This document shows, piece by piece, positions 8,546 to 18,951 of a DNA stretch of 48,971 nucleotides. Made by a program: the position numbers and the translations under genes. The stretch's first letter is position 1, and each line of letters opens with the position of its first letter. The DNA is from Actinomycetales bacterium (GTDB lineage: Bacteria > Actinomycetota > Actinomycetes > Actinomycetales > Micrococcaceae), in NCBI GenBank assembly GCA_044447065.1, contig JBIOFK010000001.1:1-48971 (forward strand). The letters are read 5' to 3'. Under the pieces are notes generated by a model. The model made no database searches, was not told the DNA's origin, and saw only the letters and a list, made by a program, of their open reading frames with translations.

Positions 8546-9193
8546 TCACTGGGCGTGCTGCGCAAAGACATGCCGTCGGATCCAGGCGTGCATGGCGATG
8601 GCTGCGGCGGCGGATGCGTTGATGGAGCGGGTGGATCCGAACTGGGCGATGGACAGGGTCGCCTCCGCCGCCCGATGCACCTCGTCGGTCAGTCCCGGCC
8701 CCTCCTGGCCGAAGACCAGCACACAGTCGCGCGGAAGCTCGTAGTTCTCCAGCGGAACCGAGTCCGGAAAGTTGTCGATGCCGATGATGGCGAGCCCCTC
8801 GGACCGGGCCCAGGCCACGAAATCGTTCACTGTCGGGTGGTGGCGCACGTGCTGGTAGCGGTCGGTGACCATCGCCCCGCGCCGGTTCCACCGCCGTCGG
8901 CCGATGATATGCACCTCCTTGGCCAGGAACGCGTTGGCGCAGCGCACCACCGAGCCGATGTTCAGATCGTGCTGCCAGTTCTCCACGGCCACGTGGAAGT
9001 TGTGCCGCCGCGTGTCCAGCTCCGCGACGATAGCCTCCATGGTCCAGTAACGGAACGCGTCGGTGACGTTGCGGCGGTCCCCGCGTTCGAGCAGCTCGTG
9101 ATCCCACTGCGGTCCGGCGGGCCAGTCGCCCTCCCACGGGCCCACGCCGACCTCCTCCGCAGGGGCGGTCTGGGGTTCCTGGAGCTGATGCAT
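8546..9193 (-). CDS. TrmH/SpoU family RNA 2'-O-methyltransferase
   Basis: ORF 8546..9193: NIGSVVRCANAF, LVFGQEGPGL and IAQFGSTRSINASAAAAIAMH are SpoU motifs 1-3. Confidence 0.85.
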   Translation of the reverse strand: MHQLQEPQTAPAEEVGVGPWEGDWPAGPQWDHELLERGDRRNVTDAFRYWTMEAIVAELDTRRHNFHVAVENWQHDLNIGSVVRCANAFLAKEVHIIGRRRWNRRGAMVTDRYQHVRHHPTVNDFVAWARSEGLAIIGIDNFPDSVPLENYELPRDCVLVFGQEGPGLTDEVHRAAEATLSIAQFGSTRSINASAAAAIAMHAWIRRHVFAQHAQ

Positions 9194-9323
9194 GCGGCGA
9201 TTCCCTGGGCAGGAGGAGTTTGCTGACTGTTCAAGAATACGGTGTCGGATTCCGCCCCCGGGATGAAAGACTGGGTTTGCGGCGCCGTCCCCCGGTGCCC
9301 GCGGCGACGATCGGAAGGCACCA

Positions 9324-10119
9324 GGTGGCAGACTTTGACGGCCGCAGCGTTCGGGATATTGAATGCTGGCTCACGGACATGGACGGTGTGCTGGTCCACG
9401 AGAACCATGCGATCCCCGGCGCCGCCGAGCTGATCCAGCGCTGGGTGGACACGTCCAAGCGGTTCCTGGTGCTGACCAACAACTCCATCTACACCCCCCG
9501 GGACCTCTCCGCCCGGCTGCGCCAGTCCGGGCTGGAGGTGCCGGAGGAAAATCTGTGGACCTCGGCGCTGGCCACGGCGAAATTCCTCAAGGCCCAGCTG
9601 CCGGGCGGGCGGGCCTTCGTGATCGGCGAGGCCGGACTGACGACGGCGTTGCACGAGGCCGGCTTCATCCTCACCGACCAGGACCCCGACTACGTGGTCC
9701 TGGGCGAAACCCGGACGTATTCCTTCGAGGCCATCACGCGCGCGATCCGCCTGATCGGCGACGGCGCCCGCTTCATCGCCACGAACCCGGACGCCACCGG
9801 ACCGTCCAAGGAAGGGCCGATGCCGGCCACCGGCGCTATTGCGGCGCTGATCACCAAGGCCACGAACCGGGAGCCGTACATCGTCGGCAAACCGAACCCG
9901 ATGATGTTCCGCTCCGCGATGAACCAGATTGAGGCCCATTCGGAAACGACCGCCATGATCGGGGACCGGATGGACACGGATATCATCGCCGGAATGGAGG
10001 CCGGACTGCATACCGTGCTGGTGCTCAGCGGCATCACCCAGCCGGCGGACATTAAGGCCTACCCGTTCCGGCCGGACCAGACGCTGGATTCGGTGGCGGA
10101 CCTGCTGGCGCAGATCTAG
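9324..10119 (+). CDS. HAD-IIA family hydrolase (NagD-like phosphatase)
   Basis: Frame of ORF 9220..10119: LTDMDGV nucleophile motif, LTNNS, GKP and GDRMDTDI. The start is uncertain. GTG 9324 has GGAAGG 7 nt upstream; the TTG at 9220 is the longest option. Confidence 0.75.
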
Positions 10120-10148
10120 ACCGGGGGCGGCACGGACAGGACGCCGCG

Positions 10149-10724
10149 CTAGTCCAGGCCCAGCTCGTCCTTGCTGTACGCGAACAGATACGGCACGCCC
10201 GCCTCGGTTTCGATGCGTTCCTTGGCGCCGGTATTGCGGTCGACGATGACGGCGACGGCGGCCACGGTGGCACCGGCCCGGCGCAGGGCCTCGACAGCGC
10301 TCAGCGCGGATCCGCCGGTGGTGGAGGTGTCCTCCAGCGCCACCACCGTGCGCCCGGAAACGTCGGGGCCCTCCACCTGCCGGCCCATGCCGTAGGACTT
10401 CTGCGCCTTGCGGACCACAAAGGCGTCAATCTCCCGGCCTGCGGCGCGGGCCGAATGCATGACGGCGGTTGCCACCGGATCCGCGCCCATGGTCAGTCCG
10501 CCCACCGAGCCGTAGCCGGCGATACCGGCGTCGTCGAGCAGGCCCAGCATCACCTGGCCCACCAGCGCCGAGGCCTCCGAATGCAAGGTGATCCGGCGCA
10601 GGTCCACGTAGTAGTCGGCCTCCGCGCCGGAGGACAGGATCACCGAGCCGCGGACGACGGCCAGTTCCTTGATCAGATCCTTAAGTCGTTCGCGGGCGGC
10701 GGGAAGTGTCAGTGGCGCAGTCAT
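10149..10724 (-). CDS. pyrE: orotate phosphoribosyltransferase
   Basis: ORF 10149..10724: SSGAEADYYVDLR and VVALEDTSTTGGS (PRPP-binding loop). Confidence 0.92.
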   Translation of the reverse strand: MTAPLTLPAARERLKDLIKELAVVRGSVILSSGAEADYYVDLRRITLHSEASALVGQVMLGLLDDAGIAGYGSVGGLTMGADPVATAVMHSARAAGREIDAFVVRKAQKSYGMGRQVEGPDVSGRTVVALEDTSTTGGSALSAVEALRRAGATVAAVAVIVDRNTGAKERIETEAGVPYLFAYSKDELGLD

Positions 10725-10743
10725 GCCCCCAGTTTAGTGTGCA

Positions 10744-10840
10744 CCGGGGGCATGGCCGGCCCGACGGCCGGGGGCATGGCCGGCCCGACGGCCGGGGTAT
10801 GACCGGCCCGCCGGCCGGAGCGTGACCGGCCGGCGGGCCG
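10744..10840. repeat. 24-nt tandem repeat: 2 perfect plus about 2 degenerate copies
   Basis: CCGGGGGCATGGCCGGCCCGACGG at 10744-10767 and 10768-10791, followed by decaying copies (CCGGGGTATGACCGGCCCGCCGG, CCGGAGCGTGACCGGCCGGCGGG). Intergenic, between the GH3-fusion stop and the pyrE start. Confidence 0.8.
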
Positions 10841-10855
10841 GTCCGGTAAGGCGCG

Positions 10856-13138
10856 CTAGAGCCGGGTGCCGAAGGTGTCGCAGAAGACGTTCTCGTTGAA
10901 CGTGCCCTGGAAATCCGAGAGGCCCTGGATTTTCGCCACCGTGGCCCGGATGGCCTCGCGGGTGCCGGCATGGGCGTGGATGGCGGTCTTGACCATCGGC
11001 ACGTCGATCAGGTGGTTCGGCTGGTTCAGCGACACGAAAACGGTCGGGACTTCCGTGACGTACCACGGGATCTCCGCCGCCATCGGCGCGGACCACTTGA
11101 TCCGGATGGACGCCTCCTGCGCGAAGCCCTTGACGTCGGCGAACACGAAGGCAGCATCGTACTTCCGGGCGTAGTCCCCGGTGGCCTCCTCCCCCAGGGC
11201 GGACATGAAATTCACGCCCGTCTCCCCCGCGGCCTCGCGCTGGGCCGCAGTCTTGTACAGGTGCACCTCGAAACCGGCCGCTTCGAGTTCCTCCCTGACG
11301 GTGTCCAGGTACCCCAGCGGGTCCGCCCGGGTGAAGTCCGCGCCGCCGGAAATCCCGTACAGCCGGATGCGCCGGTGCGTCCGCGGGGTGATCGGCAGGT
11401 TGCCTGCGGTGTCCTTGACCAGCGTCACCGTCTTGTCGGCGATGGCGGCGGCGATGGCGTGGTGCTCCTCGCTGCCGACGAGCGCGAGCGCCTCCGGCCC
11501 CGCGACCAGCTCGTCCCGGGGCACCAGGTGCAGCCCGAGGGAAGCCTTGAGCGCCAGGATGCGCCGGAGCGCGTCCTCCAGCCGCTGTTCGGTGATGACT
11601 CCGTTGCGGTAGCCGGCCAGCATGTAGCCGAAGTCCTCCTCCGGATTCCTGAAGAACAGGAACATGTCACAGCCGGCCGCGATGGTGGCGGGCACCAGGT
11701 CCTCCCGCCGCATCGCCTGGGTCAGGCCGACCATCTGTGTCGCGTCGGTGAGGATCAGGCCGTTGAAGCCCAGTTCCCCGCGCAGCAGGTCCTGGAGCAG
11801 TTCCGGGGCGAGCGTGGCCGGCATGATCTGCCCGTCCTTGATGCCCGGCCGGAAGTGCCGGGACAGTTCGGGGGCGCCGATGTGCCCGGCCATCACGGAC
11901 TGGACCCCGAGGGCGATCATTTCCCGGTAGACGTGCCCGTAGGTTTTGTCCCACTCGCGGTAGCCCAGGGTGTTGTAGGAGGTGACGACGTGCTGGTCCC
12001 GTTCGTCGACGCCGTCGCCGGGGAAGTGCTTGATGGCGCACGCCATCGCGGATTCACTGATGCCGTCGAAGTACTCCTTGGCGCGCTCGGCCACCAGTTC
12101 CGGCGTATTGCCGAAGGCGCGGGTGGAGATGACGGTGTTGCGCCAGTTGTAGTGGATGTCCACGATCGGGGCGAACGCCCAGTTACAGCCGATGGCGGTG
12201 CATTCGACGCCGGCCACCTGCCCCATCTGGCGGGCAATGTTCTTGTCCGGGTGCGAGCCCGCCTGCAGGTGGGTGCAGACAAAGGTCCCGTCGTCGCAGC
12301 TGCCGAAACCGCCCATCTCCGGGTTGGACGCCACCAGCAGGGGGATCTTGCTCTTGGACTGGGCGTAGCGGATGTGCTCCTGGACCTCGGCGGCGGACCC
12401 GGGCCGGTAGCGCATCGCTCCGACGTGGTACCGCTCCAGCACGCCGTCAAGGTAGGCCGGGGAGTAGTCGTTGTTGTGGTTGATGAACAGCTGGCCGATC
12501 TTTTCCTCGACGCTCATCGCCGCGATCGTGGATTCCACCCAGGCGACGGCCCCGTCGTCGAGGTTGAACGGGGCGGCGCGCATGTCCACCCGGTGGCTCA
12601 GCTCCGCGCCGGGCCGGGCGAGCGATGACTGAACGGACCTCAGGTCCGCCACGGAGGCGGCGACGACGTCGTCCACGTGTCCGGCGATGTCGACCACGAA
12701 GCCGAGCTCATCCGCGGCCAGCGGCTCCAGGGTCTGCAGCTGGGATTCCAGCAGCGCCACCGGCATGAAATGTCCGCTGCGCCCCTCCAGCCGGGACCCG
12801 AGCACCTCGCGGCTGCCCTCAAGGTGCAGGAACGCGGTCCCGGGGGCGGTGGCGCGGATGGCGTCCCGGTAGCTGCGTTTGAGCGCCGAACAGGCCACCA
12901 CCAGCCCGTGGGTGCCGGCCGCGGCCAGCTCCTTGCCCACGGTCTCCAGCCAGGGCCAGCGGTCCTCGTCGGTCAGCGGGGTGCCCGCCGCCATCTTGGC
13001 CACGTTGGCGACCGGGTGCAGCGAGTCACCGTCGATGAACGGGATGCCGAGCTCATGGGCCACGAGGGCGCCGATGGTCGTTTTTCCGGAGCCGGACACG
13101 CCCATCACGACGATCCGCGGCATAGTGTCAGCGCTCAC
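10856..13138 (-). CDS. fusion protein: N-terminal GntK/IdnK-type gluconokinase domain plus glycoside hydrolase family 3 (NagZ/beta-glucosidase-like) domains
   Basis: Single 760-codon ORF. Residues 1 to about 170 carry GVSGSGKTT (P-loop), FIDGDSLHP and [11 protein letters not shown], which indicate gluconokinase. Residues about 200-760 carry EKIGQLF, KHFPGDG and [10 protein letters not shown] (GH3 nucleophile context) plus a C-terminal alpha/beta domain. No in-frame stop separates the two parts. GTG 13138 overlaps the manD stop (GTGA); an alternative start is ATG 13123. Confidence 0.85.
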   Translation of the reverse strand: MSADTMPRIVVMGVSGSGKTTIGALVAHELGIPFIDGDSLHPVANVAKMAAGTPLTDEDRWPWLETVGKELAAAGTHGLVVACSALKRSYRDAIRATAPGTAFLHLEGSREVLGSRLEGRSGHFMPVALLESQLQTLEPLAADELGFVVDIAGHVDDVVAASVADLRSVQSSLARPGAELSHRVDMRAAPFNLDDGAVAWVESTIAAMSVEEKIGQLFINHNNDYSPAYLDGVLERYHVGAMRYRPGSAAEVQEHIRYAQSKSKIPLLVASNPEMGGFGSCDDGTFVCTHLQAGSHPDKNIARQMGQVAGVECTAIGCNWAFAPIVDIHYNWRNTVISTRAFGNTPELVAERAKEYFDGISESAMACAIKHFPGDGVDERDQHVVTSYNTLGYREWDKTYGHVYREMIALGVQSVMAGHIGAPELSRHFRPGIKDGQIMPATLAPELLQDLLRGELGFNGLILTDATQMVGLTQAMRREDLVPATIAAGCDMFLFFRNPEEDFGYMLAGYRNGVITEQRLEDALRRILALKASLGLHLVPRDELVAGPEALALVGSEEHHAIAAAIADKTVTLVKDTAGNLPITPRTHRRIRLYGISGGADFTRADPLGYLDTVREELEAAGFEVHLYKTAAQREAAGETGVNFMSALGEEATGDYARKYDAAFVFADVKGFAQEASIRIKWSAPMAAEIPWYVTEVPTVFVSLNQPNHLIDVPMVKTAIHAHAGTREAIRATVAKIQGLSDFQGTFNENVFCDTFGTRL

Positions 13139-14364
13139 CAGTCATGCACCGTGCCGTCGGCCAGCCGGTTGTACGGCAGGTAGGCCTGCTGGTAGGGGTA
13201 GGACGCCGCGGCCTCCTCGTTGAGTTCGACGCCGAGTCCCGGCGCCTCCCCCGGGTGCAGGTAGCCGTCGGTGAAGGTGAGCGACTGTTCGAAGACGGTA
13301 TTGGTGGCGTCGCTGTGCTCCATGTACTCCTGGATGCCGAAGTTGTGGATGGCCAGGCCGACGTGGGTCTGGGCAGCCAGGCCGACCGGGGAGACATCCG
13401 TGGGCCCGTGGAAGCCGGACTTGATCTGGTACTGCGCGGCGTAGTCCATCACCTTCTTCAGCGGGGAAATACCGCCGAAGTGGGTGGAAGCGGCGCGGAC
13501 GTAGTCGATCAGCTGTTCCCTGATGAGTGTTTGGAAGTCGAAGACGGTATTGAAGATTTCGCCCACGGCCAGCGGGGTGGTGGTGTGCTGGCGGACCAGC
13601 CGGAACGCGTCCTGGTTTTCGGCTGGGGTGCAGTCCTCGAGCCAGAACAGGTCGTAGGGCTCGAGGGACTTGCCCAGCTTTGCGGCCTGGATGGGCGTCA
13701 TCCGGTGGTGGCCGTCGTGCAGCAGGGGCAGCTCCGGGCCGAATTCGCTGCGGACCGCTTCGAAGACTGTGGGGATGTGGCGCAGGTACGCGCGGGTGTC
13801 CCAGTCCTCCTCGGCCGGCTGGGCGCCGCGGCCCGCGGGCTCGTAGTCGTACCGTTCGCCGGTGGACTGGGCCTGGGCCGCCACACCGTAAACCGCCTTG
13901 ACACCGGGGATGGACGACTGCACCCGGATGGACTTGTAGCCCTCCTCGAGGTGCTGGCGGATGGAGTCGAAGAGCTCCGGCACGTCCCGGCCGGAGGCGT
14001 GGCCGTAGGTGCGCAGCCCGGTCCGTGATGCGCCGCCGAGCAGCTGGTAGACCGGCAGCCCTGCCACCTTGCCCTTGATGTCCCACAGGGCCATGTCGAC
14101 GGCGGCGATGGCGGCCATCGTGACGGGGCCACGGCGCCAGTAGGCGCTGCGGTACAGGAACTGCCAGGTATCCTCGATGCGGTGCGGATCCTTGCCGATC
14201 AGCAGCGGGACCACATGCTCCTTGAGGTACGCGGCGACGCCGAGCTCCCGGCCGTTCAGGGTGGCGTCACCGAGCCCGGTGAAGCCCTCGTCGGTGGCGA
14301 TCTTAAGGGTCACAAAGTTGCGGCTGGGACTGGTGACTATCACGTCGGCGGAAATGATCTTCAT
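13135..14364 (-). CDS. manD: D-mannonate dehydratase, enolase-superfamily ManD type
   Basis: ORF 13135..14364: [60 protein letters not shown] and a C-terminal DGTVHDW. By eye it is co-linear with characterised ManD proteins. Confidence 0.88.
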   Translation of the reverse strand: MKIISADVIVTSPSRNFVTLKIATDEGFTGLGDATLNGRELGVAAYLKEHVVPLLIGKDPHRIEDTWQFLYRSAYWRRGPVTMAAIAAVDMALWDIKGKVAGLPVYQLLGGASRTGLRTYGHASGRDVPELFDSIRQHLEEGYKSIRVQSSIPGVKAVYGVAAQAQSTGERYDYEPAGRGAQPAEEDWDTRAYLRHIPTVFEAVRSEFGPELPLLHDGHHRMTPIQAAKLGKSLEPYDLFWLEDCTPAENQDAFRLVRQHTTTPLAVGEIFNTVFDFQTLIREQLIDYVRAASTHFGGISPLKKVMDYAAQYQIKSGFHGPTDVSPVGLAAQTHVGLAIHNFGIQEYMEHSDATNTVFEQSLTFTDGYLHPGEAPGLGVELNEEAAASYPYQQAYLPYNRLADGTVHDW

Positions 14365-14392
14365 CTTTTTACCTTTCGGTCCGGGCTGGAAT

Positions 14393-15841
14393 TCAGTGGT
14401 TGTCGGTCGGGGAGGCCGACGGCGGGGCCGCCACCGGGCCGGCGCGGCGGGCGGCGATCTCGGCGACGATCTCCTTGTGCCTGGCGTCGGTCAGCGGGTA
14501 GATCAGCATGATGCCCAGGGCGAGCAGGGCGAAGATGAACGGCAGCAGGCCGGCGCCAGCCCGGATGCCCAGCAGGGCGTGCGCGCTCTGGACGTGGGCC
14601 GTGGAGGAATAGCCGCCCCAGGCCAGCGCATAGGCAGCGAGCGCGCCGCCGACGGCCTGTCCCGTCTTGCGGGTGAAGGAGAACAGCGCATAGGTGATCC
14701 CTTCGGTGCGGACGTGGGTCTTCCACTCCCCATACTCCACCGTGTCGGCCTCGAGCGCCCAGACGAGCATGTTCACCAGGATGATGCCGGCCTGGGTGAT
14801 GATGATGCCGGCGAAGGCCAGCGGCACCATCGACGCCGGGGCGAAGAAGACCATCAGCCCGCCAACGGCCATCAGGGCGGCGAAGGCGATGTAGCTCTTC
14901 TTCTTGCCGAACCTCTTCACCACGCGGGGCAGGAAGGCCGCGCCTCCGAAGGTCAGCACAATGTTGATGATGGAAATGACGGCGTACAGGCCCAGGGAGT
15001 GCAGGACGTCGCGGAAGTAGTAGATCTGCACTGTGGACAGGGCAAGGTAGCCGGTCAGGAACAGGAACGAGCTGATGCACAGCAGCAGCAGCGGCTTGTT
15101 GCCCTTCAGCGTCGCCAGGCTCTGCTTCATCGAGACCTTCGGGACTTCGCGGACCACCCGTTCCTTGGCCGTCGCGACGGTGAAGAAGTACAGCCCGGTG
15201 CCGAGCACTGCGAAAACGACCGTCAGGGTGGTGAACAGCGGCTGCAGGTTGACGCCGTGCACCATCAACGGGGCGATGAAAATGCCCAGGAAGGACCCGA
15301 CGGCAACGGCACCGATGGTGCGCGCGCTGGCGAGTTTGGCGCGCTCGGTGGCGACCTGGGTCATGGCCCCGGCCAGGGAGCCGTACGGGATGTTGACCAT
15401 ACTGTAGGCCAGCCCCAGCAGGGTGTAGCTGACGTAGGCCCAGATCAGCATCCCGGTCTGGCCGATCTGCGGGATCGAGAAACTGGCCACGCTGAGCAGC
15501 AGCAGCGGGATGGAGCCGAACATGATGAACGGGCGGAACTTGCCGAATTTCCTGCTGTAGGTCCTGTCCACCATGCGCCCGGCGAAAATGTCCGAGAACG
15601 CGTCGAAGATGCGCACCACCAGCAGCAGGGTTCCCGCCGCGGCGGCGCTGATGCCCGCCACATCCGTGTAATACAGCAGCAGGAACATCGTGGCGGTGGT
15701 GAAGGCCAGGTTGTTCGCTGCGTCGCCAGCCCCGTAACCCAGAATGCTGAGCTTGGGCAGCGGCGTGAGCGCCGCATTGGATTCCGCCGGGGTCGGTGCC
15801 GGTGCGGGGGCTATCGGTTCTTTCGATGCGGTCATGGCCAT
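14393..15841 (-). CDS. MFS transporter, glycoside-pentoside-hexuronide (GPH):cation symporter family
   Basis: ORF 14393..15841: [43 protein letters not shown] and [15 protein letters not shown] are the GPH signature region. AGGAG RBS. Confidence 0.88.
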   Translation of the reverse strand: MAMTASKEPIAPAPAPTPAESNAALTPLPKLSILGYGAGDAANNLAFTTATMFLLLYYTDVAGISAAAAGTLLLVVRIFDAFSDIFAGRMVDRTYSRKFGKFRPFIMFGSIPLLLLSVASFSIPQIGQTGMLIWAYVSYTLLGLAYSMVNIPYGSLAGAMTQVATERAKLASARTIGAVAVGSFLGIFIAPLMVHGVNLQPLFTTLTVVFAVLGTGLYFFTVATAKERVVREVPKVSMKQSLATLKGNKPLLLLCISSFLFLTGYLALSTVQIYYFRDVLHSLGLYAVISIINIVLTFGGAAFLPRVVKRFGKKKSYIAFAALMAVGGLMVFFAPASMVPLAFAGIIITQAGIILVNMLVWALEADTVEYGEWKTHVRTEGITYALFSFTRKTGQAVGGALAAYALAWGGYSSTAHVQSAHALLGIRAGAGLLPFIFALLALGIMLIYPLTDARHKEIVAEIAARRAGPVAAPPSASPTDNH

Positions 15842-15990
15842 GGTGGGCTCCTTTACCCGGGGCTCCTTGCGGAGCGGTGTTGCTGGTGGTGGGAATGCTT
15901 CAACTGCAGGCGATCCGGCGCGTCCCGTTCCGGGAGCGGCCGCTCGGTCCTGTGAAGTGCATTACATCCAGTAAAGCATTTCCGACAATA

Positions 15991-16010
15991 TTTGGCAACC
16001 GTTTGCCAAA
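15991..16010. promoter_or_regulatory. LacI-type palindromic operator, copy 1 (TTTGGCAACCGTTTGCCAAA)
   Basis: It sits inside the 26-bp near-palindrome ATATTTGGCAACCGTTTGCCAAATAT, 150 nt upstream of the GPH transporter start. The same 20-mer family recurs at 18918, 27626 and 29761. Confidence 0.7.
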
Positions 16011-16065
16011 TATTCTTTCGGACCGCCCCGGAACGCGGATCCGCCGGCGGCGCGGGTGGGGCTTC

Positions 16066-17472
16066 TCAGCCGACCTGGGCGGGATTGAACGCCCCGACGG
16101 CCGCCTGCAGGCGCTCCACGAGGCCGGTGTTGAGTCCCAGCTCCGGATCCAGCAGGGACAGCAGCGCCGGGACATCACCGCCGTCGGGCTCGGCCAGGGC
16201 CCTGGCAATGCCCCCGGCCGCCGCGTCGGAGACCGGCCGGCCCTGGTCGCGGGCGGAGCGCAGGAAGGCGACCCAGGCGGCAATCAGGCGCAGGGCGCCG
16301 GCGCCGCTGCGGTCTGCGGCCAGTTCCGCCGTCAATACCGGCACGGCCCGCATCCGGAGTTTGCTGGATCCCTCCATGGCGATCTGGGCCAGGAAGTGGG
16401 CGATCCTGCTGTTGGAGAAACGGCCCAGCAGCGCCTCGCGATAGGCGGGAAGGCCGAGCCCGTCGGCGGGCAGGTGCCGTTCGGCCTCGTCCCAGAACTC
16501 ACCGATCCAGCTCCTGCATTCGGCGTCGCCGAGCGCCTCGGCGACGGTCTCGCAGCCGCGCAGCGAACCGGCGTAGGCCAGCAGCGAGTGGGCGCCGTTG
16601 AGCAGCCACAGCTTGCGGTTCTCGAACGGTTCGATGTCCTCGACAAAGGTGGCGCCGGCGGATTCCCAGTGCGGCCGCCCGGCCGGGAAGGAGCCGCTGA
16701 GGATCCAGTCCGTGAAGGGTTCGGTGACGACCGCGGCGTTGTCGAGGTAGCCGCCGCGGGCGGCGAGTTCCAGGTCGGCGTCGGTGGTGCGCGGGGTGAT
16801 CCGGTCCACGGAGGTTCCGACAAAACTGATATTGCCGTCGATCCAGGTGGCCAGCGCCGGGTCGGCCGCGGCCGCGAGATCGCGGACGGCGGTCCGGGCG
16901 GCAGCGGCGTTATTCGCGAGGTTGTCGCAGGAGACGACGGCCATCGGTCCCGCCCCGCTGCGACGGCGCTGAGCCAGCGCCTGCACCAGCCGGCCCGCCG
17001 CCGTCGTTGCCCATCGCGGCTCTGCGGCACTGGCGGCCACGGCGGCCCGCAGGATTTCGACGTCGGCCACCACAGCCGGCAGGGTGAAATCGACGCCGCC
17101 CGCCGCGGTGAGGTTGTAGGCCGGTTCGGTGATGGTGAGGGTCACGATGGCAGTGGATTCCGCGGCGACCAGGGCCGCGAGCCGGGCGACGTCGGCGCCG
17201 TCGTTCGCCTCCACGATGGAGTGGACGACCTCGAAGCTGTCCCCGCCCCCCGACCGTTCGATCAGCGTGTAGAGCCCGTCCTGGGCCGCCAGGGTCACCG
17301 CGGCGTCGGGCCGCCGTCCGGTGAAGGCCGCTATCCCCCAGCCGGCCGCGTCGGCGGCGTGCTGGGTGTACCACGCCTGGTGGGCGCGGTGGAACGCGCC
17401 GAGGCCGAGGTGGACGATGCGGATGGGCGGGACCGGTTCGGTACTGCGCCGGTGCAGCAGTGCCGCGCTCAC
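16066..17472 (-). CDS. uxuB: mannitol dehydrogenase family oxidoreductase (fructuronate reductase / D-mannonate oxidoreductase-like)
   Basis: ORF 16066..17472: IVHLGLGAFHRAHQAWYT, VSCDNL and NGAHSLLAY. The GTG start overlaps the uxaC stop (GTGA). Confidence 0.8.
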   Translation of the reverse strand: MSAALLHRRSTEPVPPIRIVHLGLGAFHRAHQAWYTQHAADAAGWGIAAFTGRRPDAAVTLAAQDGLYTLIERSGGGDSFEVVHSIVEANDGADVARLAALVAAESTAIVTLTITEPAYNLTAAGGVDFTLPAVVADVEILRAAVAASAAEPRWATTAAGRLVQALAQRRRSGAGPMAVVSCDNLANNAAAARTAVRDLAAAADPALATWIDGNISFVGTSVDRITPRTTDADLELAARGGYLDNAAVVTEPFTDWILSGSFPAGRPHWESAGATFVEDIEPFENRKLWLLNGAHSLLAYAGSLRGCETVAEALGDAECRSWIGEFWDEAERHLPADGLGLPAYREALLGRFSNSRIAHFLAQIAMEGSSKLRMRAVPVLTAELAADRSGAGALRLIAAWVAFLRSARDQGRPVSDAAAGGIARALAEPDGGDVPALLSLLDPELGLNTGLVERLQAAVGAFNPAQVG

Positions 17473-18890
17473 AGTTTGAAGGCCCTGCGCGGTGCGGCGT
17501 CGACGACGTCCACAATGATGGCGGCGGCCCGTTCCTCGGAGACCCGGCGTTCGGCGACCAGCCGGGCCAGGAAGCTAGCCTCGATGCGCCGGGACGTGTC
17601 GTGCCGCGCCGGGATGGAGCAGAACGCCCGGGTGTCGTCGATGAACCCGGAGGACCGGGAGAAACCCGCGGTCTCCGTCACGGCCGAACGGAACCGGAGC
17701 ATCGCGTCGGGGGCATCCAGGAACCACCAGGGCGCACCGATGAAGACGGACGGGTAGAAGCCGGCCAGCGGCGCGATTTCCCGGCTGAAAGCCGTCTCGT
17801 CAATGGTGAACGGAATGAGGTGGAACCCGGGGGCGGAGCCGAAGTCCTCCAGCAGCGGCCGCAGCCCGTTCGTGTAGTCCACGGCAAAGGGAATGTCGTG
17901 GCCCGTGTCGGGCCCGTAGGCCTCAAAGGTCGGCCGGTGGTGGTTGCGGGCAACGCCGGGATGGATTGTCATCACCAGTCCGTCCTCGGCGGACATCCGG
18001 GCCATCTGGTAGGTCATGTGCGCCTCGAAGATGTCGGCCTCGGCGGCTGTCGCCTCGCCGCGGCGGCCCTTGTCGAAGAGGTCTTGGGCGTCGGCGCCGT
18101 CCAGCCTGAGCGTCAGCGGCGCGCGCGTGCCGTGATCGGCGGAGACCGCCCCGTGCCCGATAAAGTACTGCCGGCGGTTGGCCAGGGCCCGGAGATAACC
18201 GGGAAAGCCTGCCTGCCCGTCGCCGGCCGCGGCGATGAGCCGCTCGACGTTGTCAGGGAATTCCGCATGGCCGAACTTGATGTAGGCGTCCGGGCGGAAG
18301 GTGGGCAGCACCCGGCCGGTAAAGTCCGCGTCGGCCGCGAGGGCCGCATGCGCGGCCAGGTCATCGAGCGGATCGTCGGTGGTGGCCAGGACTTCGATAT
18401 TGAAGTCGGTGAACAGGCGGCGGGGCCGGAACTCCGGCTCCGCCAGCCGGGCGCTCAGCGCGTCGTAGAGCGCGTCGGCCGCGGCGGCAGAGGGGTCGCG
18501 GTCCAGGCCGCTGAGGTCGAGGCGGAAGACGTGCTCGAATTCCTGCCGGATCCAGTAGCCGGAGGCCGTTCCGTCGAACGCCGGCCACGCCTTGCAGAAT
18601 TCCTGCCAGGCCACGCGCGGCTCGGCCGTCGGATTCGGTCCCATCCGCAGCCTGTCCAGCCCGACGCCGCCGGCGTGGATGAGCCGGGTGACGTAGTGGT
18701 CCGGAGTCACGAGCAGCGTGGCCGGGTCCGGGAACGGTGTGTCCTCCAGCAGCATGCGAGGATCGACGTGTCCGTGCGGCGAGAGGATCGGCAGCCGTTC
18801 CACGAGGCCAAAGAGGCTGCGGGCGATTTTCCTGGTGCCGGGATCCGCGGGCAGGAGCCTGTCCGGATCGGCTGCAATCGACTGTGACAT
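17469..18890 (-). CDS. uxaC: glucuronate isomerase
   Basis: ORF 17469..18890: LPILSPHGHVDP, VTPDHYVTRL, IHPGV and FIDDTRAF are typical UxaC blocks. Confidence 0.9.
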   Translation of the reverse strand: MSQSIAADPDRLLPADPGTRKIARSLFGLVERLPILSPHGHVDPRMLLEDTPFPDPATLLVTPDHYVTRLIHAGGVGLDRLRMGPNPTAEPRVAWQEFCKAWPAFDGTASGYWIRQEFEHVFRLDLSGLDRDPSAAAADALYDALSARLAEPEFRPRRLFTDFNIEVLATTDDPLDDLAAHAALAADADFTGRVLPTFRPDAYIKFGHAEFPDNVERLIAAAGDGQAGFPGYLRALANRRQYFIGHGAVSADHGTRAPLTLRLDGADAQDLFDKGRRGEATAAEADIFEAHMTYQMARMSAEDGLVMTIHPGVARNHHRPTFEAYGPDTGHDIPFAVDYTNGLRPLLEDFGSAPGFHLIPFTIDETAFSREIAPLAGFYPSVFIGAPWWFLDAPDAMLRFRSAVTETAGFSRSSGFIDDTRAFCSIPARHDTSRRIEASFLARLVAERRVSEERAAAIIVDVVDAAPRRAFKL

Positions 18891-18917
18891 AGATCAATCT
18901 TCGGTCCGCGGTCCCGG

Positions 18918-18937
18918 TTTGTCAACCGGTTGCCAAA
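18918..18937. promoter_or_regulatory. LacI-type palindromic operator, copy 2 (TTTGTCAACCGGTTGCCAAA)
   Basis: 28 nt upstream of the uxaC start codon and 15 nt downstream of the LacI stop. One mismatch from a perfect palindrome. Confidence 0.7.
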
Positions 18938-18951
18938 AATTGCCTAAAGAT

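Noticed and set aside
10744-10840. CRISPR-like array (also considered for 40685-40724)
   Set aside because: The repeats are directly abutting with no spacers, there are only 2-4 units, and there are no cas genes. These are simple tandem duplications.
12581-12583. Internal ATG ([10 protein letters not shown]...) as an independent start of a separate GH3 gene, making gntK and GH3 two genes
   Set aside because: There is no stop codon in the gluconokinase frame before it, so translation from the kinase start necessarily runs into GH3. An additional internal start cannot be excluded, but it does not remove the fusion.
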